This document shows, in pieces, positions 11,675 through 25,497 of a stretch of DNA of 64,000 nucleotides. Location: assembly GCF_037042905.1 (NCBI RefSeq), contig NC_087245.1, positions 21,392,001 through 21,456,000 on the forward strand, written 5' to 3'. The notes beneath the pieces were generated by a model, which did not search any database, had not been told where the DNA came from, and saw only the letters and a list, made by a program, of their open reading frames with translations. This DNA is from Lytechinus pictus (Eukaryota). The translations under genes were made by a program, and so were the position numbers. Position 1 is the first letter of the stretch, and every line of letters starts with the position of its first letter.

Positions 11675-13252
11675 TATGTAAAGCTCACGCCTGTATGGTA
11701 AGAGGACTAGTGGCAATACGCACAACTGTATTTGTAAATTTCAGCGAGAAATACAGTCCTTAACATAAAGGAGGCATGGTTGTGCTATGATTGAAATCCC
11801 TAGACTGCCATAAAGATGGATGACCTACCCCCCTTAATTATCTACATTAAGAGGTTTGTCCTTGTAAACTAATTTATTTTTGCAATCATTTGCAAACTAC
11901 TAGGAAAGAAAATATATTGATATATCCAAAACATGCACTGTATTTCATGGACAAAAGAATAGTTAGGCCTACATGTATCCTAATCTGAATGAAAAATGGG
12001 GGACAGACCTTCGCTTTAGTTTGATAAACAACACCTTGAATTACACTGTTGGCAGCTTTTGTGTAGGCACTCAAGGAGTCTACTCTCTCAACACTTCAGT
12101 GACAAGGGCATTTGTTTTATTAATTAGATAAATCTTTATGATTTCTATTGCTTAACACATCCATCATCTTTCATTTACAAGAAAGCAAGCCGGCAAGGAG
12201 CAGGCCCAATCTCGGCTAAAATCATCTTCGGCTTGAGAAGCAGACCCAGCCTTGGCTGCACATCAATCTGAATTAAAGACCAACAAGATTTCCAAAGGTT
12301 AAAGATGTCTGTGCTATTGAAAGCCGGCGAATGGAATGGTACGAGCACATGAGGGGCCACGCAAAGGGATGGTGTGCAATAAAGAAGCGGTGAGTAATTA
12401 CTTGATATGTGAAGTCAAATGTGAATATTATGAATTAATCAGACGCTAGGGCTCAAGCCATTGCAGCTATACCCTGGGGCCCGATAAAAGGGGGTGCCAT
12501 CATTATTTCTAGGAACTGTGAGAAAAGGTGGGTCTATTCTTTTAATATGATGAGCAATGCTTGGAATTGGCTTTTTATATTACTGTGACTGTTGACTTGG
12601 TGATGTCGTTCTCTCTTTCAGACTGAGGTTATGCATTATGAAATTAAAGGGTCTCTAAAATTCATTTACCAAAGATTATCCATAGAAAGGGCTGCATTGA
12701 GAGGGACAATGCGATCCAATGAAGAGGTTTCACGCTCAGTGAAAAAAGGTTAATATATATCCAAGCCAGCTCTTGTAAATTACAAAAGATCCTAAAAGAT
12801 AATATGTTGTTTGGTTCTGAAAAATGTAATATTGATGAAGAGAGGTGGAAGAACTTGGTCCTTGAAAATAACTGATTTCTCTGGACTGTGGATTTCAATA
12901 TGCTGGGTTTAAATCTTTCTGTGGCATTAATATATCCCTTAGCACGAAAGGTTTGCCACTCGGGATTCAGGTGGGGGAAATTGGTACCTCGCAGGAAATA
13001 CTCATCCTCAAAATGCAGGCGTCTCATACTGGTTGAGTAAAACAAAATTGATCACAGAAGAATCATCTTATGCATTTAGAAATCAGATTAATATTATTGT
13101 TATTACTGGATATCAGAAATTTTTTCAAAATGTGAATCTTAGATATTTGCAATGATGAATGATGTGTTATTTGTATTCCATTTACAAATAAAATTTAGAG
13201 GTTAACAAAATGTAAGAAACGATGAGCACAGAATGGCTACCTACTTTGAGAA

Positions 13253-13695
13253 AACAAAGAGTGTTGCTAGGGTGAGCACATAATACGCCTGCCTGTAACA
13301 CGGAAAATAGAGTTATTAGTCAAGAAAAGTGAAAGGCGGCGACTTCACCTTTGACCTTTTTGACCTAAAAATCAATAGGCTTCCTGGGATCTATGCTAGT
13401 AGCATACAAACCAAATCATATGAGCCTAGATTAAACTTAAGTTATTGCATTTACAAGGACTTCATAAGGGTAAAATAAAAGCATGTCACTGTGACCTTGA
13501 CGTTTGACTTTTGACCTCAAAATCAATAGGCTTCCTGGGATTCATGCTAGTATCATACATACTAAATTATATGAGCCTAGAAAAAGTCAAACTGAAGTTA
13601 TCGCGTTTACAAGGAAAAGTTAACAGACGGACAGACAGATGAACAGACAGACGGACGGACACCGAGCGTGATACCATAATAGGACGGGCATATAA
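13253..13695 (-). mobile_element. Helentron/HINE-like non-autonomous element, copy 1
   Basis: aacaa..gag end, internal tandem unit containing tgaccttga..tttgacc, (GACG/GACA)n microsatellite, A/T-rich flanks. Confidence 0.65.
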
Positions 13696-13899
13696 TAAAA
13701 ATGAATGAATGGAATCTAGTATCTTATTGGTTATTACATGAGTAGTCTATAATTAGAACATACTTTTGTCACTATCATCACGTGGATTGGACTGATTGGG
13801 TAAACTTTACTCAAATGATGTAATTAGAGGCTCTTGCTGTCCCACCCCTTACTGAATATCTCTTCCACGATTACATAGAGCAATTTAAGGCTGACTCAC

Positions 13900-13962
13900 A
13901 TTTTCCTGCCAGGAATCTCTTGCATTGCTGATCTCTGAACCTGGCATCTCTATCATTACCAT
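13900..13962 (-). CDS. CACNB: Candidate alternative first exon of CACNB (MVMIEMPGSEISNARDSWQEN)
   Basis: aacATGG Kozak context, 21 open codons, phase-0 donor AAT|gtgagt, located downstream of the conserved exon. Confidence 0.5.
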
Positions 13963-14813
13963 GTTCACACACTCCAGTATAACAATATCACAGAAATATT
14001 ACAGAATCGCATCAGTAAGCATTGACCATAACCTGTGTTCATTTAATCCCTCAACATCCTGCAAAATTGCTCAATATTTTTGTGGGGTAGGAGCGTACCA
14101 ACGAGTGTTAGACAGATTTTATATCACATTGTAAAAGAATCCTTTGGGCCCTCTTTCAGGGTAGATGCTTGTCAGTTTTTTTATTGTATTCATTTTCACA
14201 AACATAAATGGTAGGAGCAATTTGAATAATCAAATAAAAACTTATATCTGTTAGAAGTGTCATGGATCTACTGCATTAGTGGGAAAAGGCAAAATATAAA
14301 TTAGTCATACCCTGTAAATGCTCTAGTATTTTTTCCCATATATTTAACTTTCTTTTGCAAATATATAGCCTCTATGAAGCTACAATAATAGAATGTGATT
14401 TTCTTCCAAAAACTATTGTATACTTTAGAGTCAGTTATATCGATATCCAAACAAGCATTTTTATTATGGGCTTTGGCAAAATGCAGATATTCTAATTGTA
14501 AAATGTTATCCTATCCTCTATCTCATTTTTAAGAGCCAGCATTTTTATATAAATAAGAAAATGAAAGTTTTGCAAAAGTCTATTAAAAAGTCAAGTTGTT
14601 ATTGACAAGACTATTAAGGTGATGTATTTTATATCATTCTGAAAAAGAATTTTCAGAAAACTTTGGACCAAGCAAATAATTTAGACTTGGTAATACATGG
14701 AATGGAAAGCACACAAATGAGGGAATTTCTGGAAAAAAAAATGAATAAAATGTTCAAGGTGGCACCTGGAAGATCTCTGGATAGACAGAGAATATCCAAC
14801 AATTTGCACATTG

Positions 14814-15134
14814 AACAAGAGTGTTGCTGGGGCGAGCACATAATACACCCGCCTGTAACTTGGAAAATGGAGCCTAGGTTGAGTTCAACTGAAGTTATCG
14901 CATTTACACGGACTTCAGAAGGGTAAGATGAAAACATGTCACTGTGACCTTGATCTTTGACCTTTTGACCTCAAAATCAACGGGCTTCCTGAGATCCATG
15001 CTGGTATCATACACACCAAATTATATGAGCCTAGGTTAAGTTAGACCTGAAGTTATCGCGTTTAAAAAGAAAAGTTAATTGACGGACACCGAGCGTGATA
15101 CCATAATACTTCCCGTAGGACAGGCGTAAAAAAA
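14814..15134 (-). mobile_element. Helentron/HINE-like element, copy 2
   Basis: Direct homologue of 13253-13695 with fewer internal units. Confidence 0.65.
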
Positions 15135-15145
15135 TAAAATCTTAC

Positions 15146-15241
15146 CTGTCGCAATAAACTATTTGAACTGGTATCTGAGAAGCTGCCATTAGATCGTTTG
15201 AATTTATTCCCCTTTTTCCTAGGACCCTTTCCAGCAGAATT
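15146..15241 (-). CDS. CACNB: Internal exon of Cav beta subunit (NSAGKGPRKKGNKFKRSNGSFSDTSSNSLLRQ)
   Basis: Strong acceptor (ttttctcttttttacttacag) and donor (CAG|gtaag), 96 nt, phase 0-0. The peptide closely resembles vertebrate CACNB1/2 exon 2 ([25 protein letters not shown], recalled). Confidence 0.9.
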
Positions 15242-15472
15242 CTGTAAGTAAAAAAGAGAAAATAAAATATAGCAAGTGTGAATATTTCCGCAATTAAAGT
15301 CTAGGTAGGCAAATGTCCAATTAGGAATACTATTGCATGGTGCATTGATTTTAATCAATCACACATGTACCTATTGTCTTGCCATTCAAATATTTTTTTT
15401 TAATACTGCCTGTTGGCAAATATCTGCATTAAATCAAAACAATCTCTTACATCTTTAATACAAATAAGGTTT

Positions 15473-15747
15473 GTCCCAGTATTAAAAAGAGTTTCGATTG
15501 ATCCGATCAACCACAACTATGGAAAGCCAGCAATGCCCGCATCTAAAATGCTTGTTCAAAATATTTTCTAGATACAATGTATACCTGTACATTCATCATT
15601 GTCTTGAAAATTAGTTGTGCTTCCTCTTTGTTTACAAAGGACATTGTGCAAATTTCTGGTGGGAAACCTTATGACAGTCCTGACTTTCCATTATATTCAA
15701 GCCTAAGGTTTATCAAATCGATCACAACTCTTTGTAAGACAGGGCCC
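15473..15747. mobile_element. Second, inverted copy of the 37172-37436 MITE family
   Basis: Shares AACTCTTTGTAAGACAGGGCC and internal sequence (tttgtttacaaaggacattgtgcaaattt). Confidence 0.75.
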
Positions 15748-17179
15748 AGAGGACAACCTTAACCAGAAGTTGCATCTTCTAATTACTGTATAATACCAAC
15801 ACTTTGACACAAATGGTAGTGTACATTAGATGTTATTATGAGATTTTATGAAGACTGTGTACATCATCTGTGCTCTGTTACAGGGTTTTTAGGTGATTTG
15901 ATACCGATTCCTGATTTTAGACCTTGTTCAAGAGCTCTGTGAAGCTCTACAGACATCCTTTTTATATCAACACCATGATCACACCAACAATTTGTTTGCA
16001 GAAGTATCATATTCCGGTTGTCACTTCTACTCAGAAAAGCTAACCTGAACGAGAATATTTAATTATCTTAAGAGCTGCAAATCAGTATTTTGGTGAGTAA
16101 ATCAGAATTTTCAAAGAAATGACATGTAACTATACACATAAAACTGAACTTTTAAAATCAGTAGTTTGCATGAAACCAACAGTATTCTTCTCATTTTTAA
16201 GTCATAAATTCTAAAAATCAGTAGGATACTACTTGGCAGCACTCTCTACTTATTCAAGCAAAACCTTCATGCAATAAGTATATTCAGTCAGAACCAATGG
16301 TGACATACCACACTGGTAACCAACTGGTATGAAATCAGATTAGATTATGTCATACTTTATATTATATACTGTATTCATTTTGTAAAGAGTTTATGAAGCT
16401 CGACTCTGGCAAGCAGTCGATGAAATTTATTGTACCTGAAGTGAGCGTTTTTGCCAACGGTGGTTTTCATTTTGGAGATAATATTTAATGCATAGTGGGC
16501 GAGAATGATTGAGAGATACATGTAGCATTTCGATACTCACTTCGGTATTAGTATTCCATCAATTTTATTGATGGGTTTCAAACTCCCTTATTGTTGCATT
16601 ATGCTACATACTGGTACCCTACTTTTTCAAACGCAATTTACAAGCTTACCAAATAAAGTTAAAAGTAATTCTTATTTTATTCAAGATATATTTCTTTTTT
16701 TTGGGGGGGGGGAAGGGATAATTAAGGAACCACTATATTAATCACAAAGGATTTCCTTACAGAGACATGACAAATTTCACAATTGTGTAAATTGTGGTAC
16801 ACTCTCAAAATTGTATAGGTTTACCAACACAAAATATGAAATTTAATTTATTTTCCAGTATTAAACAAAAATGATGCATAAATTAATATTACATTACCAG
16901 GTAAATGAAAGGATTGAGTAATGAATTATAACATGGAAATTCATAATAAACATCAAGACACATTGTTTTGGGGGGGATAAGTGAATAGGCATAGGGTCTA
17001 CAGAGTAATTTGATCTGTAATTTACAGTTCATTTGGAGGAAATGAAAACTTAAGTTACTAAACTTCTATCCTATTAAATCTCCTGACCCTTTTACTGTTC
17101 ACACTTAACTTCGAGCGAATTGACAGCACAGACTACAGAGAACTGTTTGACCTGAAGTGGAGAGGTATATATTACTCAC

Positions 17180-17230
17180 AATCGTGACACCAAAGTATTT
17201 AGCACATTGTACTTGACTAAATGTTAGCAT
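17180..17230 (-). CDS. CACNB: Candidate alternative first exon of CACNB (MLTFSQVQCAKYFGVTI)
   Basis: ATG, 17 open codons, phase-0 donor ATT|gtgagt, 1.9 kb upstream of the conserved exon. Kozak context is weak. Confidence 0.4.
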
Positions 17231-18687
17231 TAGTACAATCCACTTAGACAAGCATTACAAAGCGAGTGTTAAATTAGCGCATTCGCCTTTGGTACAGAAT
17301 AAACACTACACAACAGACCCAGCCACAGTGTTACACAGACTGTAATACTGACATGCTCTAAATGCTTCAAATGTCATGCATACCGCCAACGTGGGGAGAG
17401 AGCAAGAGACAGAGGGGAAAGTCGGCAAAGTCATATATTGGGCTCGTTTATGCATGCAGCTGTAATTATAAAAATACACACATGCAAAGCTGAAAATTGT
17501 TGCAAAATTACGTGTCAGAAACCGAGGCATTCATTTTCATTCATTTTTAGAATGCATGGTCCCAACGCTGATCCCTGTTCATACACTGTAAATTTATAAC
17601 TGAAGCTGGTAGGCCTATGGTTATACACACACAGATTATTTTTTTTGTCTATATACAGGAGAATTTCCTTGCTGTATGGATAGTCTTGCATAAGATATTG
17701 AAATTAATTCATCATTAAGAAGAGAGTGGAAATATTCAGAAATGTATCTTTTAGACAAAATAAGGATCCATTTGCTTATTAGGTTTTATTTTATTGTAAT
17801 TCTACACGTTAAGGCATATTTCCACACATCTTTTTTTTCTTGTTCAGGTAAATAAAGCAAAAAAATACCTGTTCAAAGGAACAAGTTTGGTGAAGTGTGC
17901 AACCAGTACACAATACTGGTAATAATGATAATGGTAGGCATAATAATAGTAACAATGAAAAATAATAATAAAGAAAATGGTGATGATGATGATAACGAGA
18001 ACAACAACATAAAAAAATGATAATGTGATTTACAAAGCGCCAAATGCCCACTATAACATACTCAAGGCGCGTAGAAAGTTATGAAGTAAACAGAAAGATT
18101 TTTAAAGGCCTCAACAGAGATCAATTTGGATGCTTTGTTGCCTTCAACATAGCTAATTTCAACAATATCATGAACACATGATAATAAGGAAAGGAAATAA
18201 TTGGAATGTGCTCAAGCATATAGTCATTAACAGAATGGCCTCTATGATCTTGTTTTCCAATGCATCAGTGCTTCTTTTGTGGTTGCTGAAGGAGTCGGGG
18301 CAATGGGTGAATATTTATTGGAAAAAGTCGCCAAATTGCCAATACATTCATGGACCTGTTGAATTAAATATTGATGACAATGATCATTTGGGAATTCTGT
18401 AGAAGGACTGAATCTGTTGACATTTTTAACATCTCTTAACATTACGCTGAAGACGTGAATATCCTGGAAGAATGAATACTACACTGTCTACACATGTATC
18501 AAAATGTACATGTAGAATAATTCAGGTCTGGAATGGCTGCTGATTGTCGACAGAGAAAAGTGCCACTGTAAAATTTCTTATGAGTGTACGACCAACATTA
18601 ACCTATAAATATTATGTGTGCAGAACCTTGTATGTTGACATTTAGTTGTGTGGAATTAACCTTACCCACACTACAATTTTTCACTTA

Positions 18688-19088
18688 AGGACCGTCTGCA
18701 CCATCCGGAGTTTTCAAATTAGCGCGCTATTTCTGATCCGACAAATTATCCCGATCTGAACAATCTCGAGATTATTTGCAATGGAGACGCAATTATCGCA
18801 CTAGTTCATAGGATTAATCTCAAGATTGCAATCCCAAGTCAACTTGGGATTATTTGCAAAATAGTGCGCTATTTTACGAATTATCGCGCTAATTCGTAGG
18901 TGCAGACGCACTCGGGATTATTTATTCACGGCGTTAGACCATAATGCATCGATGCCTCACTCGAGCAGGAATCGCTCTTCTTGCGATGGTGGAGACGGGG
19001 TTTCTTGAATCTCGAGATTAATCTCGAAGAGGGCCGATTGGGGTAAAATCTCGAGATTGAGCAAACTCGGGATGGTGCAGCACCGCCT
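18688..19088. mobile_element. PIF/Harbinger-like MITE
   Basis: GG..CTGCACCATCC / GGATGGTGCAG..CC termini; repeated AATCTCGAGATT palindromes. Confidence 0.7.
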
Positions 19089-21847
19089 ATAGAGCTGCAT
19101 GAGCTAACACCCTTAATATAGAGGCAAAGGTATTGGTCAAGCTCACATTATGACCATCCACCAGCCAAGGGATCAAAAGGTATCTAACACATACCATGTC
19201 TACACGCTGCCCCCGCTCGCGGGGCAGACACTTTGCTCCGCCAAAGTAGTAGGACCAGACCTGCGAGATGGGGCAGACTGCCTCAGCAATTAGCGTGCGT
19301 TGCATGACATAAATTTTATACACTGATCTGTGTTTTCGGCTTGCAAGCTGGGGCAGCAAGTTAACATGGTATTTATATTTTAAATGCATCTATGACAGGA
19401 CTACAAGTACAACAAATGAAATGTACACAACATACGTATTTTAAGATAAATACATGTTTAGAAAAGTAGCATTCACAGCAATTTTAACAGTTTGGATGTT
19501 ACCTTCACCTGTCAAAAGTAGCATTTGCACTTTAATGCTCGTAATATATACTTTATGTCATACTGGGGATTTGTATTCACTTAATGACTCTGCTTCTAAT
19601 CCTAGATTCTAGCATTCCCAGAATTTGTCTACATGTATGTGTACATCCACGGAAAATGAGAGTTGTATGAAAATTATGACCTTCCATTTGAGAATTTATC
19701 AAACAACAACATATGGAAAAGTCAGAACCTGTAACTTTTCTGTGTGGAAATTAGTTTGTCATAAAAAACACCACAAGACCTTCACAGTTAATAGGGGCTG
19801 CCACTCAATATGTAATTTCTACATTGCCATACAAGTTCATATACATGTAGTAATTTACAGCCATGGAACACAAAAATGATCATGAAAAAAGTTACATTTC
19901 ACATCTGTTGCAGAATCACAATATATGCTTGACATAAAATTGCATTTGTTTGAATGCAGCGAATAATATCTAGTGCTTTCAAGTTTTTTTTTTTTTCTGG
20001 GGGGGGGGGGGGGCACTAACAGTTCTACAAATTCAAGGCAAATGCAAAACCCAGTGCACCTAAAAATAAGAACTCCATCTATCCCACAATGAAAAAATTA
20101 TCAACTAAGCCTTTTATTTTGTGTAACCATTATGAAGTACATACATGTACATAGTCCTACATTACATCCTTATTGTGAAATTTGTTAACTTGATTTAAAA
20201 CAGATTGGTACATTCTTTGTATTAGTTGAAAGGTATAAATCTGAAAGTTCTTTTCACACTGCATGTCGCTCTCAGCTGTTTGATTACAATTAAAACATAT
20301 AATATATGAATGTCCATATTTACATCAATATATTTCAATATATCAGTAAGCCATAATCCTCTTCTTCATATATCCAAACAAATTAATTTTTTCCCAGGGG
20401 GCTGGATAAATCACTTCCATAATATAACAATCACAACCGACCGTAAGAGCCAAAAAAAAAAAGGATTCCTCTTCCTCGTTTAAATGGTTAAACTAATTAC
20501 TGGGAGGCATGTGGACCCCGAACAATGCAAAACAAAACAGACGCTGTTTTATGCCCCCTTTGTTTGCTAATGAGCTGTGAATTTTCCTGTCTATTACAAA
20601 CGTCACATATGACCTTGAGGGGGACTGTAAACCTAAGGTTGACATCACCTCCCAGTTATACTGTATTCATATCATCATGTTACACCTACACTTCAATGTG
20701 AACAAACAATATGTGCAGTTGAAATGGAAATACAATTTATATATTCATGGCATTCTGTCACAGTGGGCAAGACCAGATAAAAATAATTTTCAAAGTAAGC
20801 CCCAGCTGATGGATTATGAGTAAATCAGATATTGCAGTAAACAATTCTACATCATATCATCTCCCAGTGATATTAAAGATCAGTAATGACTTGGTTTAAA
20901 ACACAAAAGCTGGTTGATTAAATTAAAATGTGAATTTTCACAATGTTAGATAATAAAACATCTACATAATTTTTGAAACTTTTCACACATGAATGTTTTC
21001 CACATAGATATCTTTGCAATACTTGGATTTATTTGAAAGAAGCCTCAAACAAAGTAAAATGTACAAGATATAGCATATTATATTTAGAAGAAAGCGAAAT
21101 GAGCTTTAAAGGTATTTACTGTACTCATGTTACATGATGGCCTGATATACATGTGGACCTAATGGAAATGTATGACATTGAAAGACATTAAAGCATAACA
21201 AACACTGTGATAGTTGGATCCATGCTATGAAGGCACTTTGGGGCCTTTCGCGATGACTTTCTTGCATTCCCCTTTGTCCGAGAAGAATGCGAGCTTTAGT
21301 GATAAAAAGATGCTTGCAAGATACCTACATGAAAGATTCTCATTGCTCTTTGAAGTTTAGCAAGTAAGAATTGCTATTTGCTGTAGTTAAATCACCACAC
21401 TGGTAACTTGATGCAATTTTGCATCAATTTATAAAATGTATGTGATAAGTTAATCATAGTAATTGTAGAACTCTGCTTTTAAGTGAATCCTCTATTTCTC
21501 AAGATATCTACTGTATTTAAAATAAAGTAAATATCTGAAAGTTATGTGTTTGTACACATTCTTTATCTGTTAATTCTCAGTAATACTATCAAATGTCATC
21601 ATGGATGATGATAATCTAATTTTTCTGTTGAAAAAAGAATGCAAATTAGAAATTCAAATTAGACACTGGCTTTTGAATAAATCAAGGAACTTTGTCAATT
21701 TCTACGCACTGCTTATCAGTGGAATATCATCATTAATATAAATGTAAGGGCATTTAAAGAGTTTACCTTTTGTAGTAGAAGAAAATTTTCTTTTGATCAA
21801 TTTGAATTAATGACAGACCAAAAAATCATATCAAAGTAGATGTATGT

Positions 21848-21931
21848 ATTAACGATTATCTATCTACCTCTGAAGAATGTATATTCCACATTAACGATTA
21901 TCTATCTACCTCTGAAGAATGTACATTCCAC
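21848..21931. repeat. 42-bp tandem duplication
   Basis: attaacgattatctatctacctctgaagaatgta[t/c]attccac twice. Confidence 0.9.
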
Positions 21932-22199
21932 AATCAGAATATATAAACTTCCTTGATGGAATTTTCCATACAGTAAAACCTATGATTTCATGTACAACAG
22001 CATGTTTACCTTTACCAACAGAATGTGTCCTTACTCTGTGCTTCATCAATTTTAATGAATAAAATATTGAAATGCTCTGAAGGGTCTGAATATGTATACT
22101 GCTTGTTTAAATATATAAAGCAATCACTCTGAATGTGAAGAGATTTCCACCTTTGTCCATCTAGACATGTATACCACAGACACATGGTCCTATGACCTG

Positions 22200-22356
22200 G
22201 GGAGTGTTTCATCAACATTTTTGTCCAACAAGTTGTCAGATCTGACATCTTTCCTTGATGTTGATTGGCTAAGAAGCACTGTTACTATGGCAACTGTCGG
22301 ATAAAAGCGGACTTGTCGGATAAAACGTCTGACATGTCCTTTCATGAAACGCTCCC
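22200..22356. mobile_element. PIF/Harbinger-like MITE
   Basis: GGGAGTGTTTCAT / ATGAAACGCTCCC; CTG TSD. Confidence 0.8.
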
Positions 22357-22851
22357 CTGGTATAGTTATGGCATGACAAAATACAGTATAACAGCATACA
22401 AGAAGAGCATACATATACATGTAGATAGACCAATGCTATGTTTTAGACAGGTCTTCAAATGATAAGTTTGATGGAGTTACATGTACTAGTTTTCTCCTGA
22501 ACAGTTCTTCATTAAAGGCTGTAATGCATCATAGTTTGGTCTAGTTTGAAAAAATATACACTGTTTGTCAAAGCATTATAAAGTGGTCTGAATTATCCGA
22601 CTACATGTATCACAGGGTAAAAGGGGCTTGGTGTAATGTAGTAGAGCTTAAAACCTGATTTGTCACGGTAAGTTAAGACTTATGTCAATACTAAAGAACC
22701 ACTTGTGCATTAAAAATGATTATAGGGCCTGAACCTGCTGGTTTTCCCACTGCTGCCACCATAAAATAATAACTTTGTAAGATCCAGTACTGTATATGTA
22801 ATTCAATTATTAACATTAAACATAATATTCATTGAAAGACATTCAATAGCT

Positions 22852-23510
22852 TATTATTATATTACATTTAATGGCCTTGAGGGGAACATCAAATACGTCG
22901 CCCGCAACAGAATCATATTGGCCCGAGTCTTTAGATGAGGGCAATATGGTTCTTTTAAGGGCAACATATATGATGTTTCCCGAAAGGAGAGCCAGTCAAT
23001 ATTGTTAATATTACGTAAGGCTGTACAATGTGTAATTCAAGCTATTATTTGGAACAATTTATATGCCTGTCTGCTTATCACTCCTTATTTAAGGTTATTC
23101 ACAAACTTAGCGAAGTAACCCTTGCTAAGCAATTGTGACGTAAATTGTTACCTAGCAGTCGCACATTATGCATGGAGCGCACATACTGTACACTTAAGGC
23201 ATAGAAATCTTGCGCTTGGTTTTGTGAATGCAATGGCCGTGCCACACATTATCTATAATGCTTTCATTTATATACTGGTTCCAGCCAGATTTTTCAGTTA
23301 CTGAAATTAGCGATCAAATTCGGCTCCTACTGCGCATGCGCATTAGAAGAAATATCGCCAATATCGCCCTCTGTTTTTGTACAGGATTCCTATGGGCACA
23401 GCCCGGGAAGGGCAACATGGCAAATGTTTACCTCGCTGGTCTCGGATTGCAAGAAGCGAGCGAAATATGACATTTATTCATCTGCTAAAATGCCTTGTAT
23501 AGGTAATAAT
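22852..23510. mobile_element. Possible Crypton-like non-autonomous element
   Basis: attattac / gtaataat ends; subterminal hairpin catattggcccga...agggcaatatg; CpG-richer interior. Confidence 0.3.
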
Positions 23511-25368
23511 CAGGAACATTACCCTTATCAAAGACACTGCAGTATACAGGGTGAAAATTGGAAATTTGGAGGTTAAAAGATATTAATTTTCATTAAAAGC
23601 TGATGTATTTTTGAAAAAACTGTAAAAATCCAGAAAGAATTGACAGCTGGGCACTGCAAGATAGTCCACAAACACAAATGACCTACATGTATTCTGATGT
23701 CATATGTCATGATTCTGTGCAGACCTGTGATATCTATAGTAGATGTGACATTACCAAGTAAGCTCAAATGTCCCCTGACATGCAAATGCATGTTAATTTG
23801 TATGAGTCTTTACTTCACCAAATCATTACCTGTTGGGTTTAAATGTGCATCATATAACTTCAATATCTTATTTCATTTTATGGGTATTTGTCTGCAGTGT
23901 GATAAGTCCCTCCTTAAAAATACACTATTTTTACATCTTGTGATGTCAGGAGGCAGAAATAAATCTTAACAATACACAATGCTATGCAACTTGCCATAAC
24001 TATGTATCATTGCTAACAATGGCATCACGAGTCTTCATACAATACCATCTTACAACCTTTTTAAAAAAACATTTTTTGACAATGCAGTAACAATGGCAGT
24101 TTGGATGGTTGTGATGTGGCATTTATTGTCATATTTTTCCACGGATTTTGGAGGACAATGCCTTGCAATGGACCTTTAAATTAAGCTTTTCGAATATTTA
24201 ACATATAAGTTATGCATGACTTAAAGACTGACTGGCAATCATTTATTCTGCTACTAAAATATGTATTGCCATTGAGTTGAAACGGACATTTTGCTATCTC
24301 ATTTAGCTAAAAAGTGGTCTATTAGCCATGCATAAAATTAAAGATTAACTGGTCAACTCTTAAGCACAACTTTAAGAAACAAACATGAGTTGTTGCAACC
24401 GAATATATGATAATAATATCACTTATCACATAACATGTCTCTAAGTGCTTAAGACAAATAGGAAGAGAGAAGGAACTTAAGCCAAAAAAATTAAGTAATA
24501 CATACTAAAATAGAATAACTTTTTTTTCAATAGTTACACAGATATACTTTATACATGTACATGTATGTACATGTATGAATGTATATAACTATATATATAT
24601 ATATATATATATACAAAAGCATAGAATGATGGTTACATGTACAGTTCACAGTGAATAATCCAATAATCCAATAAAAAAATCTCTAAATATTTGTAGTATA
24701 TAAAGATATTACTTATTAATTATTATAAATAATTCCGGTATGAAATGAGTAACTGTTCAGTAATTAGCAAATAAAAAAATCCAGGTATTCTGTAACTACA
24801 GAAGGATTCCGAAACTATAATCAATGCACTTGCAAATAATCTTAGCCCATACATGTACATGCTTATATAATGTAATATGAACTTTAATAGGCAGATTTCA
24901 ATGCACATGTTTAAGCTACAGAACATTTACACGTACGTATGTTAATTCATCATTTCATGTTTGGCTTACTTCAACTAAATTTTTGTATGTAGACAACTTT
25001 GATCATAACAATTAACATTAATCTTAAACCTTTTTTTGTATTTTTATTCATTCCAATTACTCAGATTTGGCTCTTTAAAAAATAATTGTACCTGCATATA
25101 TGTTTTCCATAGAGTAAAACAAACTGTAGTCTGGTATCACATTGGGAGCAAACCTACACCTGACCTCACACAAGTAATCAGTAATACCATTTAAAGGGTA
25201 ATGACATATTTTAATTTGTTTTATACCTTCCATTTTTTGTATTTTGCAGGTAGTATTTGTAATCAATCCGGCCCCACTGAGCAAAACAGGTGAGGATCCT
25301 CCAAGATAATGTTTCACTTTATTGCTAGAGTACATGTACCTGTACAAGTAGTTTGAATAATAAGGCCT

Positions 25369-25497
25369 GGGGCCCATAACACAGCTTAGCAATCATTGTA
25401 AAATATTTTTCTACGATCAATTGCACTGACTACAATGTACTATTAATCGTGAAAATCAAGATTACAATTAATTGTTAACCTTTGTGTTACCTGACCC
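25369..25497. mobile_element. Small Harbinger-like MITE
   Basis: GGGCCCATAACAC / GTGTTACCTGACCC with CTG flanks; homologous to 59769-59887. Confidence 0.7.

Noticed and set aside
12662..13045. 127-aa minus-strand ORF
   Set aside because: No recognisable homology; the only nearby donor is phase 1.
22010..22085. Minus-strand exon-like segment ending ...RTHSVGK before gtaaac
   Set aside because: Weak splice sites and a phase incompatible with CACNB; the resemblance to an R3H motif was judged to be chance.
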